From NCBI RefSeq assembly GCF_030684315.1, contig NC_081378.1:23422571-23486570 (forward strand): 64,000 nucleotides of DNA, given 5' to 3'. The notes beneath the pieces are model-generated. The model saw only the letters and a list, made by a program, of their open reading frames with translations, was not told where the DNA came from and made no database searches. The first letter of the stretch is position 1, and each line of letters starts with the position of its first letter. Origin of the DNA: Stegostoma tigrinum (lineage: Eukaryota). Position numbers and translations under genes: made by a program. Shown here piece by piece: positions 27,142 to 37,309 of the stretch.

Positions 27142-27238
27142 CAAACAGAAACAGAAATTGCTGGAAAAACTCAGCAAGTCTGACAACATTTGTAGAGAGG
27201 GAATCAGAGTTAAGGTTTCAAGTCCACTGACCCTTTAT
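27142..27238 (-). mobile_element. Short non-autonomous PLE-terminus element with decayed hammerhead
   Basis: ttgctggaaaaactcagcaagtctg...gttaaggtttcaagtccactgaccctttatca. Flanks cacctcactaagag / caccttatttagag (11/14). Confidence 0.65.
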
Positions 27239-27699
27239 CACCTTATTTAGAGATGACAGGCACATATAGCGTATGAAAAGCTTGTGTATCTATCATTACT
27301 CTGCCTGTCCATCAATTGATGAAATTCTCGTTGATAATGTGTGTACTGATAATGTGATATTCATTTCAGGGCTCATGATGTCTGTCTGTCCTCTGTTCTG
27401 AGTTTCTTTTTAACTGTTGTCAAGTTTTTGAAAGCTGAAGACTATATAGAATCATTGAAATTTCAGGAGAAGTTTGAAGAAAGCGTATGGCTGACCCATC
27501 AGTTCATCTCCATAATTGCGATGACTTGTCGAATTTTTATAATTGAAATTTAAATGCTCTACAGAAGGATCTTCTCTGAAAGTCTGTCAGTGGACAATTA
27601 CTTTTCTCTTTAGGTTATCTGAAATATAGAGTGCAGGGTGGGTGTGGGGGTAGTGTAAGACTGATCAGGAGTACAGAGATTCCATTGCAACAGAAGACA

Positions 27700-28240
27700 T
27701 GGAGAATGGGGTACTTCATCAGTTATAGATGGAGCCTTCTATCTCTTGCCTTAAGTTTATATTGTTTTGTTATTGCTACTTATGGAAAAATGGCTTCCTA
27801 TCCTCCCTATCAATGCTCTCAGTATTTTAAACAGCCCTATCAGGTACCCTCCAAACTTTAATTGTTCCAAAGAATACAAACCCAGCCTGTCTAATATTCT
27901 GTCTTGGCTCAGATATTCCAGCCCAGGCAACATCCTGATAAAACTCCTTTGCACTGTCTTGAGTGCAATAACATACGTCCTATGATCTGGTGACCAGAAC
28001 TGTACATAGTGCTCCAGTTGTGCCTGAACCAGTGTTAACTTCGTGCTCATTCTATGCCGTAGCTAATAAAGACAAGTATCTAATCTACCTTCTTAATCAT
28101 CTTACCTACCTGGTCTGCTACCTTTTTGGGATCTGTGGATATGCAGAGCACTTTCCAAGGTCCCACCATTCATAATGTAATCCTTTACCTTTTAGCATTA
28201 CCTGTCACTATTTTAATTTTCTTGAATTCCATTTGCCATT
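27700..28240 (-). mobile_element. CR1-type LINE fragment
   Basis: LEHYVQFWSPDHRTYVIALKTVQRSFIRMLPGLEYLS. Confidence 0.85.
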
Positions 28241-28997
28241 TGACCGCTTTTGCTGTGTCGAGCCTGACTGCCTTCCTGTGTTTTGGACAACAGCAGATTG
28301 CAATGTTATTTACTGTGTTCCTGGGCCTGTCTCCTCTTTGCTGCACAAATGGTCCTTGCCCTCCACAGTCAACCTGATGGCTCTTTCCTCAAAAGAGTTT
28401 GAGAATCCATGTCAACTTATCTCTTTTCCCCACCCCCCCCACCCCAACCAACAGCCATTGCTGACTTGTCAGTCTTGCAGTCTGGGTCCGGTTGTGCATC
28501 ATAAGGATTGAGCGTGTTGGGAATCAGTGCAGGAGCAGTTTGTCATCATCAGTTGTCATAACCATTGCAAGTGGTGAGGCCTCCCAAGTGAGTGAATGGG
28601 AAGCAGCGTGGGCAGGAATGATACTAGGTTGAAAGGCTGAGATTGTTTGAGTAGACATCATGCATGTGAATGCTGAGGCTTGTGGGATTTGGCCCTTTGT
28701 GAGATACATGAGCAGTGACACTGTGAAGCTCTTGTAACATTGTGGTAGCGATAAGAAGATGTTATCACTTAAATGATTGATACTTTTCCTGCAGTGTTTG
28801 TTGTCTGTTTCATGGGGGCCAGTGACATTGATCTGTGCTGCTGCATTTGGGACAGATCTGATGGGATAGCCTCATGATGCGGTCACCCAGGAAGAAGATT
28901 GGCTTTCTGTGTAGGGTGGCATCAGTAAACCTTGAAGCCATCTTAGGAACCTTGATAAGCATTACTGGGCTTCTAACGTGACTACCATAGGCTGGCC

Positions 28998-29278
28998 AGT
29001 GCTATCAGGTCTTGGTGCCCCATCCATTTGGTCATTAAATCTGCTATTTTCAAATCTCCATAAGCACAAAAGTCAAGCAGACAAAACAGCAGATAAATAC
29101 TTTAGCGCAAATTGAATTCTTTTGAGCTTGAAGGCTGAGCTGCTGGGCTCAGAGCCAGTAGGCTACAAACCCTAATTTTTGTATTATGTGACATAAGCTA
29201 CAAATTACATCATAAGGGTGGAAAAATCATTCAAAAAAAGAGATGATTTGGCAGCAACCGATTTACTGCCAGCTCAGA
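28998..29278 (+). repeat. ~275 bp direct repeat, copy 2
   Basis: Shares for example ttttgagcttgaaggctgagctgctgggctcagagccagtaggctacaaaccctaatttt exactly with copy 1. Confidence 0.9.
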
Positions 29279-29411
29279 AGGTCCTGGCTTGCAGCAACTG
29301 ACGTGATGTTCACTTGGCCTTTAAAAATGATGCCAGACTCAGTGGATCCCACTCGTGGTGAGAACATGCAGCTCACTTGCCACGCAATGCACTGAGTATC
29401 TTATGGAACAT

Positions 29412-29538
29412 AAAAACCTAAAGAACTGCAGATGCTGTAAATCAGGAACAAAAACAAAGTTGCTGGAAAAGCTCAGCAGTCTTGTGTGAAGGAAAAAGCA
29501 AAGTTAACGTTTCAAGTTCGGTGAGCCTTCCTCAAAAC
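29412..29538 (-). mobile_element. Short non-autonomous PLE-terminus element with hammerhead-like motif
   Basis: Minus strand reads TTGAGGAAGGCTCACCGAACTTGAAACGTT. TSD tcttatggaacat (29399-29411) / tctcatggaacat (29539-29551), 12/13. Confidence 0.75.
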
Positions 29539-29811
29539 TCTCATGGAACATCTGGCTTGCAAGGGTACTGAGCCATGAAGCATGTGATTTCATTGGATAA
29601 CCCATCCCAAGCCTTGGATGACTCAAAATGCCATCAAATACTCTCGATGCCATACTTTTAACTTCAAAATTCTGCCTATTAGATTTTCTGTGCAATTTCA
29701 GTATTAATACAACCCTCTCTATTGCGTAAGTGGCGTATTTTAATAAACACGTTTCAGTATGGGTTTCTGTAAGATTGGAAATACCCTGCCTCAAACTCTT
29801 ATGATTCCCAG

Positions 29812-29973
29812 GTTCCTCCAGTTTACTCTTCGCCTGGGCAGCAAGTATGTACTAAGCACGTGCAAACCACCAGACCAGCCAGGAGAAGGGATTCTACTGC
29901 ACTTTTCTGCCGACAATGGAATCACGTGGAATTTGCTGCAACATTACTCTTACCAGAATTACCATGAGCCAAG
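29812..29973 (+). CDS. RELN: Reelin coding exon (~exon 19), 162 bp, with Asp-box
   Basis: Acceptor attcccag, donor gtaaga. [54 protein letters not shown]. Confidence 0.97.
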
Positions 29974-30569
29974 GTAAGAAAAATACAGGTCACTGTATAA
30001 CACTTCCATGAATACTAGCAAGTTAACCCTCTAGTAATGAACCGAATCTTAATTTTCCTCTGAAATACCCCTGTAAACCATTAAATTGTAACAGATTACA
30101 ACAGAAAAAAAATTGAGCATACTTATGCCTCATGGATAGCAGAAGTTCAAGAAGGTATCTCATGATTACTTTCTTGAAGACAGTTAGAGATGAGCAAAAT
30201 GCTGGCCCTGTTTGAAATTCCATCATGCCCTGATGAATGAAAAATTGCTAAAACGTTTAACAGCTTTTACTGTTTTTACTTCCAATCTGTTGCTTTGTAT
30301 GGAATATTACTTGTGATTCTCCTATAGTCTAAATTTATGAAAAGGTAGAGTACTTTTCAAATTGCTTTAGTATACCCAAATTCTGGAACTATCCATTTGT
30401 TGACATCTCAGTTTCTACTTTCTCAGAAAGTAAGTTTGTCAATTTCAGCCAGAATCAGGATCTAACCATCAGTGCTGGTATTTTAGTGTACCAATAACTG
30501 TGCAGTTTATTCACTGTTCTTCTGCAGACATTCTGAATATCCTCATCCGAAGCAGGCACTCAACTGTAA

Positions 30570-31340
30570 CTGAATGATGAAGTGATGAATTTTGGAAGGT
30601 CAAGTGCATTTGGAAATTATACAGTGAATGGCAGAAACCCTTAGAACTGTTGAAATGCAGAGAGATCTGAGTGTGCAGGTCCACAGATCACTGAAGTGCA
30701 GGTAGATAAGGTAGTAAAAAAGGCTTATGGCATGCTTGCTTTCATTGGAAGGGGCATTGAGTATAAGAATAGACAAGTTATGCTGCAGCTTTATAGAACT
30801 TTAATTAGGCCACACTTGGAATGTTACGTACAGTTCTGGACACCACACTACCAGAAGAATGAGGATGTTTTCCAGAGGGTACAGAAAAGTTTTACCAGGA
30901 TGTTGTCTGGTATGGGGGATTTTAGCCATGAAGAAAGCTTGAATAGACTGGATTTGTTCTCACCAGAACCCAGGAGGTTGTGGGGCGACCTGATGGAAGT
31001 TTATAAAATTATGAATGGCATGGATACAGTGGAAAATCTGAAGTTTTTTTCAGGGTGGAGGGGACACAGGTTTAAGGTGCAAGGGAGAAAATTTAAAAGA
31101 GCCGTGTGAGGTAGGTTTTTCACACAAAGAGTGGTGAGTGGCTGGAACATGTTGCCAAAGGAGGTGTGGAAGCAAACACAGTAGTAGCATTCAAGATGCA
31201 TCTGGATGAATACATGAATAGGAAGGGAATAGAGGGATATGGATCTTGTAAGTGAAGATAATTTTAGCATGGAAGGGCAAAATGATTTGGCGTGGGCTTG
31301 GAGGTCCAAAGGTCCTGTTCCTGCGCTGTACTGTTCTTTG
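30570..31340 (+). mobile_element. CR1-type LINE 3' end
   Basis: ORF 30696..31109: QVDKVVKKAYGMLAFIGRGIEYK...RPHLECYVQFWTPHYQK. Confidence 0.9.
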
Positions 31341-33994
31341 TTGTTTGAATCAAGGTGAAGCAAAGTAATTGTAATTGTCTTTAAGAGAAGCCCCAGTTCA
31401 CACCTTGTTATGAGCTTCATCATTCAATAAAAGCTTCCAGCACCAGCATCTTGGAAGTTTTAGTTTGAAAGTGGTGAGGTGATGGTAAAGATGTAGTAGA
31501 TTTTAAGGAAGTACAGAGGAATGGGTAATGGGCTGGACAAAAACAAAGTGGTCAGTTTAGTTTGGAAGGAAAAACTAAATGACAAAAGGAGCAATGGTGG
31601 AAACCAAAAGTGCAATTGTAGTCGGGCAAATTAAATAAAAGATGGGCCCAGAGGAGCTGTAAATGCCAGCAACAGAATCATTGCAAGCATAGGCAGTCAG
31701 AAAATAATGAGAAAAGGTGGTTATGATTAAAAATTGTTGGAACCCATATGTGTGTCATCCATCATGTGCAGATTTGCCAGGGTGATGTAGTGAAAGTGAT
31801 TTACTCTATTACCTACATCACACCAAAAGCTTCCGAGTGATTTGTTCAGCCCTGCCATTTTCCTTGGTAATTCAGATTGTCAATTTCAATAGCTCCCCAC
31901 TTTGAAATGGATAGCAACTGTGTCTTCCCCGAATGTACACACCTTTTCTTTCTATTGCTCAAACTGCAACATGTAACCTAGTCACTTGGCAGCAGTGGAA
32001 TTTTTCCAAGTTTCTCCAAGAACCGTACATTTATATTTATCTCTAAGTAATACATTTTATTGACTTGATTATTACTTATTAAACATAAATATCTGTACAT
32101 GAAAGCAGCCTTGAATTTGATCACATAATAAGTTAAAACTTTGAAATCTCAACAAAATTCATAGGAAGTCTCAGAATTCTGTACAACTGAACATTAGCTC
32201 AGACTTTGCAGCATGAGGAAACAATACCAGGAAAAGCAATATTTAACTATGATTCCACTTTTTTTTGAGGAATGAAGTTGGGAGGATCCATTCTTTTGAG
32301 TCTGTCTCATTTGATTTAGCTGGGTTGTTAGATAGTGTCACACTGAGGTGAAATATGACATCAAGATAACCATTTGGAAATCTTCAGGTGCGGATAGCAG
32401 GAAGAAATCTTAAAGCAATGTTTGACTATGTTAACATATGATCAATGTACCTATCTCAATAACGGCATCAGCAATGCAATAAAACTTGGCAACAGATGGA
32501 ATCAACGTGCATATATCTTATATATCTTCTGTAAAACAAGAATTGCAATGTTTTTCTCTGGTTGTCAGTTTCACATGGTTACAGAGTAAAGTGTGTCACA
32601 GAGGACATCTGAGATCTGGGGAAGAGGTGAAACTAAATATTCCTTTGGCAATCTTCAGACATTTTAGTTTTAGCAAATTAAAAAGACACAGAAAGCTTTC
32701 TACGGTTATTACTTTTTCAATTTTATTTTAATAATCAAAAGCTATCATGTTAATCAGCATTACAGTATTTTCTCACCAATTTCAGTCACCATAGTTACAG
32801 TGAAACTAAAAGTCATTTGTCATAGACTGCAGCCAAGATTACAGGATTTTATTTCACTGAACTTATATAAATAATTTTTCGAGGCTTAACTATATTCAGC
32901 TGGTCATAATCTGTTCAAACTTTCAGAATTGCACAGATGCCTGGAGTATTCTTTTGAGCAAGTAAAATAAATAAAAAGTCAGGGTAGTAACTCCATTTTC
33001 CTTTGGCCAATTTTGTTCTCTAATTATGCATACTTGTTATTGACGAGTTGGAACAACCTCGAGTTGACAAACGAGACCAGGATCTTTGCAGGCAATGGCT
33101 GCCTGCTGGGCCAGTTTTCTGCCTTTGCCAAGTATCTCCACTGTTTGAGCATTGTCCACAGTGTCCATTGTGACTAGAATGGCAGCTGTACCAGATTTTA
33201 TAACTGTTCCCCAGCTGTGCTACACCCAAGGATTTTGCCAAGTGCACTATTTTTATGGTGTGTGCCACCTGTCCTGGTAACAGCAATGCCAGCTGAATAA
33301 AACACACTCTGTGCATGATGCTATCATTTAGTTCAGGTCTCTATGCTGATTTGCAGTAACCCCTGAATAACTATTTGGCAGTTTAATGAATTTGTGATCA
33401 GATGTAATATTGTTTTTCATGGCATTTTATGTTATGATGGCTGCCTTGTTTAAATGATTAGAAACGTAAGACATAACAATATGAGATAATAAATGGATTG
33501 TACACTGTATTGTGGTATTTTAGCAAGTTAGCACAATTTCCTTGAACTTTAACTGAGGTATCTGTTTATGTAGAAGTGAATCAATGTGCACTTGCATGAG
33601 ATGCTTTAGTGTTAATGGGGAGATAGGTGACAACATAAAGGAAGAACTTCATGTGCCCCATGTTCTTACCTGCTACATTTTCATATGTCTGGCTTTCTAG
33701 GAAAATTAGAAAAGGTGTTTTAAAGGATATACTTTATAGCACAGCATAATCTTATTTTAAATCCCTTAAATCTCTAAAAATCCCTAAATTAAACACTGTT
33801 AAACTCAGGTTATGGCTATCATGATTTTCTGTTTTAAATCAATTATTTTTCTGTAACTGCCGTTAAAAGTGAAAAGTTCGCTTGGTTGGAAAAAAAACTC
33901 GTCTGACAAATGTAATTGTATTAAAAGATATAAGAAAGTATGGAATGGGAAATGTGAAGATTCTTTCTTCAGGCAACAGAGAAAAAGGCAAGCT

Positions 33995-34410
33995 GCCATT
34001 TATGTAGTTCTTTGCAAAGCCACCGACATCCCCAAAGTGTTTCACAGCCAATGAAGTACTTTTGAAGTGTAGTCACAATTGTAATGTACAAAATTGCAGC
34101 CAATTTGTGCATTGCAAACTCCTAGAAACCGCAATATAATAATGATCAGATCATCTATTTTTGTGATAGTGAATAAGAAACAAATATTGATCAGGCTGCT
34201 GAGAATAATTCCCTTGCTCTTCTCTGAACTTGTACCATGGATATTAAGTCAATTTGAAAGGTCAGAAGGAACCTCAGTTTAATGCCTCATCTGAAAGATA
34301 GCATCTGCAAATGTGCAGCACTCCCCTGTACTGGAGAATCAACCTTGATTTGTGTGCCACAACCCGTAAACCTCTGATTCAGAGGCATATGCACCACAAA
34401 TTGAGCTACA
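33995..34410 (-). mobile_element. Deu-domain SINE (SacSINE1/AmnSINE-like)
   Basis: Minus strand tgactacacttcaaaagtacttcattggctgtgaaacactttggg, recalled as the Deu-SINE 3' core. Confidence 0.65.
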
Positions 34411-34639
34411 GCTACATCCACAATTTCCAAAAACTAATGACACAACACTTTCCTATCCACACACTTTTTTCGTTCAGGCACACTAAACAACTTGAACACC
34501 AAGTAAACAATGTGTTGATTTCAATCATCCCCATCTATTTCTATAGCCTCATATTTAAATATTTATCCTATTTCCCTTTTGAAGAAGTGCTTGTACTACA
34601 AAAATAACCCTTTTCTGAGAGTTTGTTCCTCATATCCAG

Positions 34640-34945
34640 ATGTCAGTAGCTAACTAATAGCATTCTCACATCAGTCTCAAGATTGTGAGTTCAAGTCCAA
34701 CTCCAAAGACCTAAGCACACAACCTGGTCTGACACTTCGGTGCAGTACTGTAAAGGTGTTGTACTGTTGGAGGAGCCTCTTTTCTGGTGCTCATCAATAA
34801 AACCAAGGTAGTTTCTGCCATCTGAGGTAGATGTGTGACATCATTTTTCAAAGAAGATGAGGCTCGAATTGCCCAATGTGCCCTGGACAACAACTTTCTC
34901 TCAGATCACATCAGTCAAACAGATAATCTGATCATAATCTCATTG
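34640..34945 (+). mobile_element. 5' part of a Deu-type SINE, abutting the Gypsy remnant
   Basis: B-box-like gagttcaagtcc, then ctgacacttcggtgcagtactg; complementary to the 34250-34400 segment. Confidence 0.5.
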
Positions 34946-35476
34946 GTAATCGTGGTATGATACGAATTGAGACTCACAAAGCAAATCCGAGATTAAATAA
35001 ATTGGCACAGTCAGATCATACCGAGGTGGAGGCCACAGGAGTTCTGGAGTGCTATTATCTTAAGAAAGGAATAGTTATGAAAATGTGGAGACCCCCCTCA
35101 CAGATTCACACCTCAGATAGTGGTAGAACTCAGCTATGGTAGAGAGATGTTACAAGTAGCAAATGGAGTTCCCATGGCAGGACATATAGGGATCTGAAAA
35201 GCTCAAGTGCACATACACAGATATTTTACCTGGTCAAACTTAAATAAGGATGTTGTACATTTTTATAAAATATGCCATAATCATCAAATTGTAAGTAAAC
35301 CTCGACATTAAATGAACCAGCACTCTAGATCCCAAAACTGATTTTGAGGAACCATTCAGTTGCATACTAGTGGATTGTGTAGAACTGCTACTTAAGACAA
35401 AAGCTGGATTGTGGCCACTCAATTTTCAAAAGCTGTTTGTTTAAGAACAATCAGAGTTAAGGTGGTAGTGGAAAAA

Positions 35477-37309
35477 TTCCCTGGCCCCCAACACCTCATA
35501 TTCACCATGGACGTCCAGTCCCTGTACACCTGCATTCCGCATGGAGATGGCCTCAAGGCCCTCCGCTTCTTCCTGTCCCGCAGGCCCGACCAGGCCCCCT
35601 CCACCGACACTCTCATCCGCCTAGCGGAACTCGTCCTCACACTCAACAACTTCTCTTTTGACTCCTCCCACTTCCTACAGACTAAGGGGGTGGCCATGGG
35701 CACCCGCATGGGCCCCAGCTATGCCTGCCTCTTTGTAGGTTACGTGGAACAGTCCATCTTCCGCACCTACACAGGCCCCAAACCCCACCTCTTCCTCCGG
35801 TACATTGATGACTGTATCGGCGCCGCCTCTTGCTCCCCAGAGGAGCTCGAACAGTTCATCCACTTCACCAACACCTTCCACCCCAACCTTCAGTTCACCT
35901 GGGCCATCTCCAGCACATCCCTCACCTTCCTGGACCTCTCAGTCTCCATCTCAGGCAACCAGCTTGTAACTGATGTCCATTTCAAGCCCACCGACTCCCA
36001 CAGCTACCTAGAATACACCTCCTCCCACCCACCCTCCTGCAAAAATTCCATCCCCTATTCCCAATTCCTCCGCCTCCGCCGCATCTGCTCCCACGATAAG
36101 ACATTCCACTCCCGCACATCCCAGATGTCCAAGTTCTTTAAGGACCGCAACTTCCCCCCCACGGTGATTGAGAACGCCCTTGACCGCGTCTCCCGCATTT
36201 CCCGCGACACATCCCTCACACCCCGCCCCCGCCACAACCGCCCCAAGAGGATCCCCCTCGTTCTCACACACCACCCTACCAACCTCCGGATACAACGCAT
36301 TATCCTCCGACACTTCCGCCATTTACAATCCGACCCCACCACCCAAGACATTTTTCCATCCCCACCCCTGTCTGCTTTCCGGAGAGACCACTCTCTCCGT
36401 GACTCCCTTGTTCGCTCCACACTGCCCTCCAACCCCACCACACCCGGCACCTTCCCCTGCAACCGCAGGAAATGCTACACTTGTCCCCACACCTCCTCCC
36501 TCACCCCCATCCCAGGCCCCAAGATGACATTCCACATTAAGCAGAGGTTCACCTGCACATCTGCCAATGTGGTATACTGCATCCACTGTACCCGGTGTGG
36601 CTTTCTCTACATTGGGGAAACCAAGCGGAGGCTTGGGGACCGCTTTGCAGAACACCTCCGCTCAGTTCGCAACAAACAACTGCACCTCCCAGTCGCAAAC
36701 CATTTCCACTCCCCCTCCCATTCTCTTGATGACATGTCCATCATGGGCCTCCTGCACTGCCACAATGATGCCACCCGAAGGTTGCAGGAACAGCAACTCA
36801 TATTCCGCCTGGGAACCCTGCAGCCATATGGTATCAATGTGGACTTCACCAGTTTCAAAATCTCCCCTTCCCCCACTGCATCCCTAAACCAGCCCAGTTC
36901 ATCCCCTCCCCCCACTGCACCACACAACCAGCCCAGCTCTTCCCCCCCACCCACTGCATCCCAAAACCAGTCCAACCTGTCTCTGCCTCCCTAACCGGTT
37001 CTTCCTCTCACCCATCCCTTCCTCCCACCCCAAGCCGCACCCCCAGCTACCTACTAACCTCATCCCACCTCCTTGACCTGTCCGTCTTCCCTGGACTGAC
37101 CTATCCCCTCCCTACCTCCCCACCCACACCTTCTCCACCTATCTTCTTTACTCTCCATCTTCGGTCCGCCTCCCCCTCTTCCCCCTATTTATTCCAGTTC
37201 CCTCCCCCCATCCCCCTCTCTGATGAAGGGTCTAGGCCCGAAACGTCAGCTTTTGTGCTCCTGAGATGCTGCTTGGCCTGCTGTGTTCATCCAGCCTCAC
37301 ATTTTATTA
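35477..37309 (+). mobile_element. Penelope-like element B, 5'-truncated, uninterrupted RT-linker-GIY-YIG frame to the stop at 36994; probably Neptune clade
   Basis: RT motifs TMDVQSLYT, QTKGVAMG, RYIDD; linker cysteine motif CNRRKCYTC; VVYCIHCTRCGFLYIGET. TSD tagtggaaaaa at 35466-35476 and 37310-37320. Confidence 0.94.
37220..37247 (+). ncRNA. Minimal hammerhead ribozyme motif in PLE terminal region
   Basis: CTGATGAAGGGTCTAGGCCCGAAACGTC, about 225 nt after the PLE stop codon. Confidence 0.7.

Noticed and set aside
26415-29278. Direct repeats as the LTR pair of one retroelement
   Set aside because: No TG...CA ends, PBS, PPT or outer TSD seen; the interior is a patchwork of unrelated repeats.
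36868-36975. Short repeats resembling a CRISPR array
   Set aside because: Contiguous coding tandem units without unique spacers, in eukaryotic DNA with no cas genes.
35411-36994. A nested or domesticated host gene, or telomerase
   Set aside because: 5'-truncated, TSD-flanked, near-identical to other copies in the window, and carrying GIY-YIG; it is a PLE copy.
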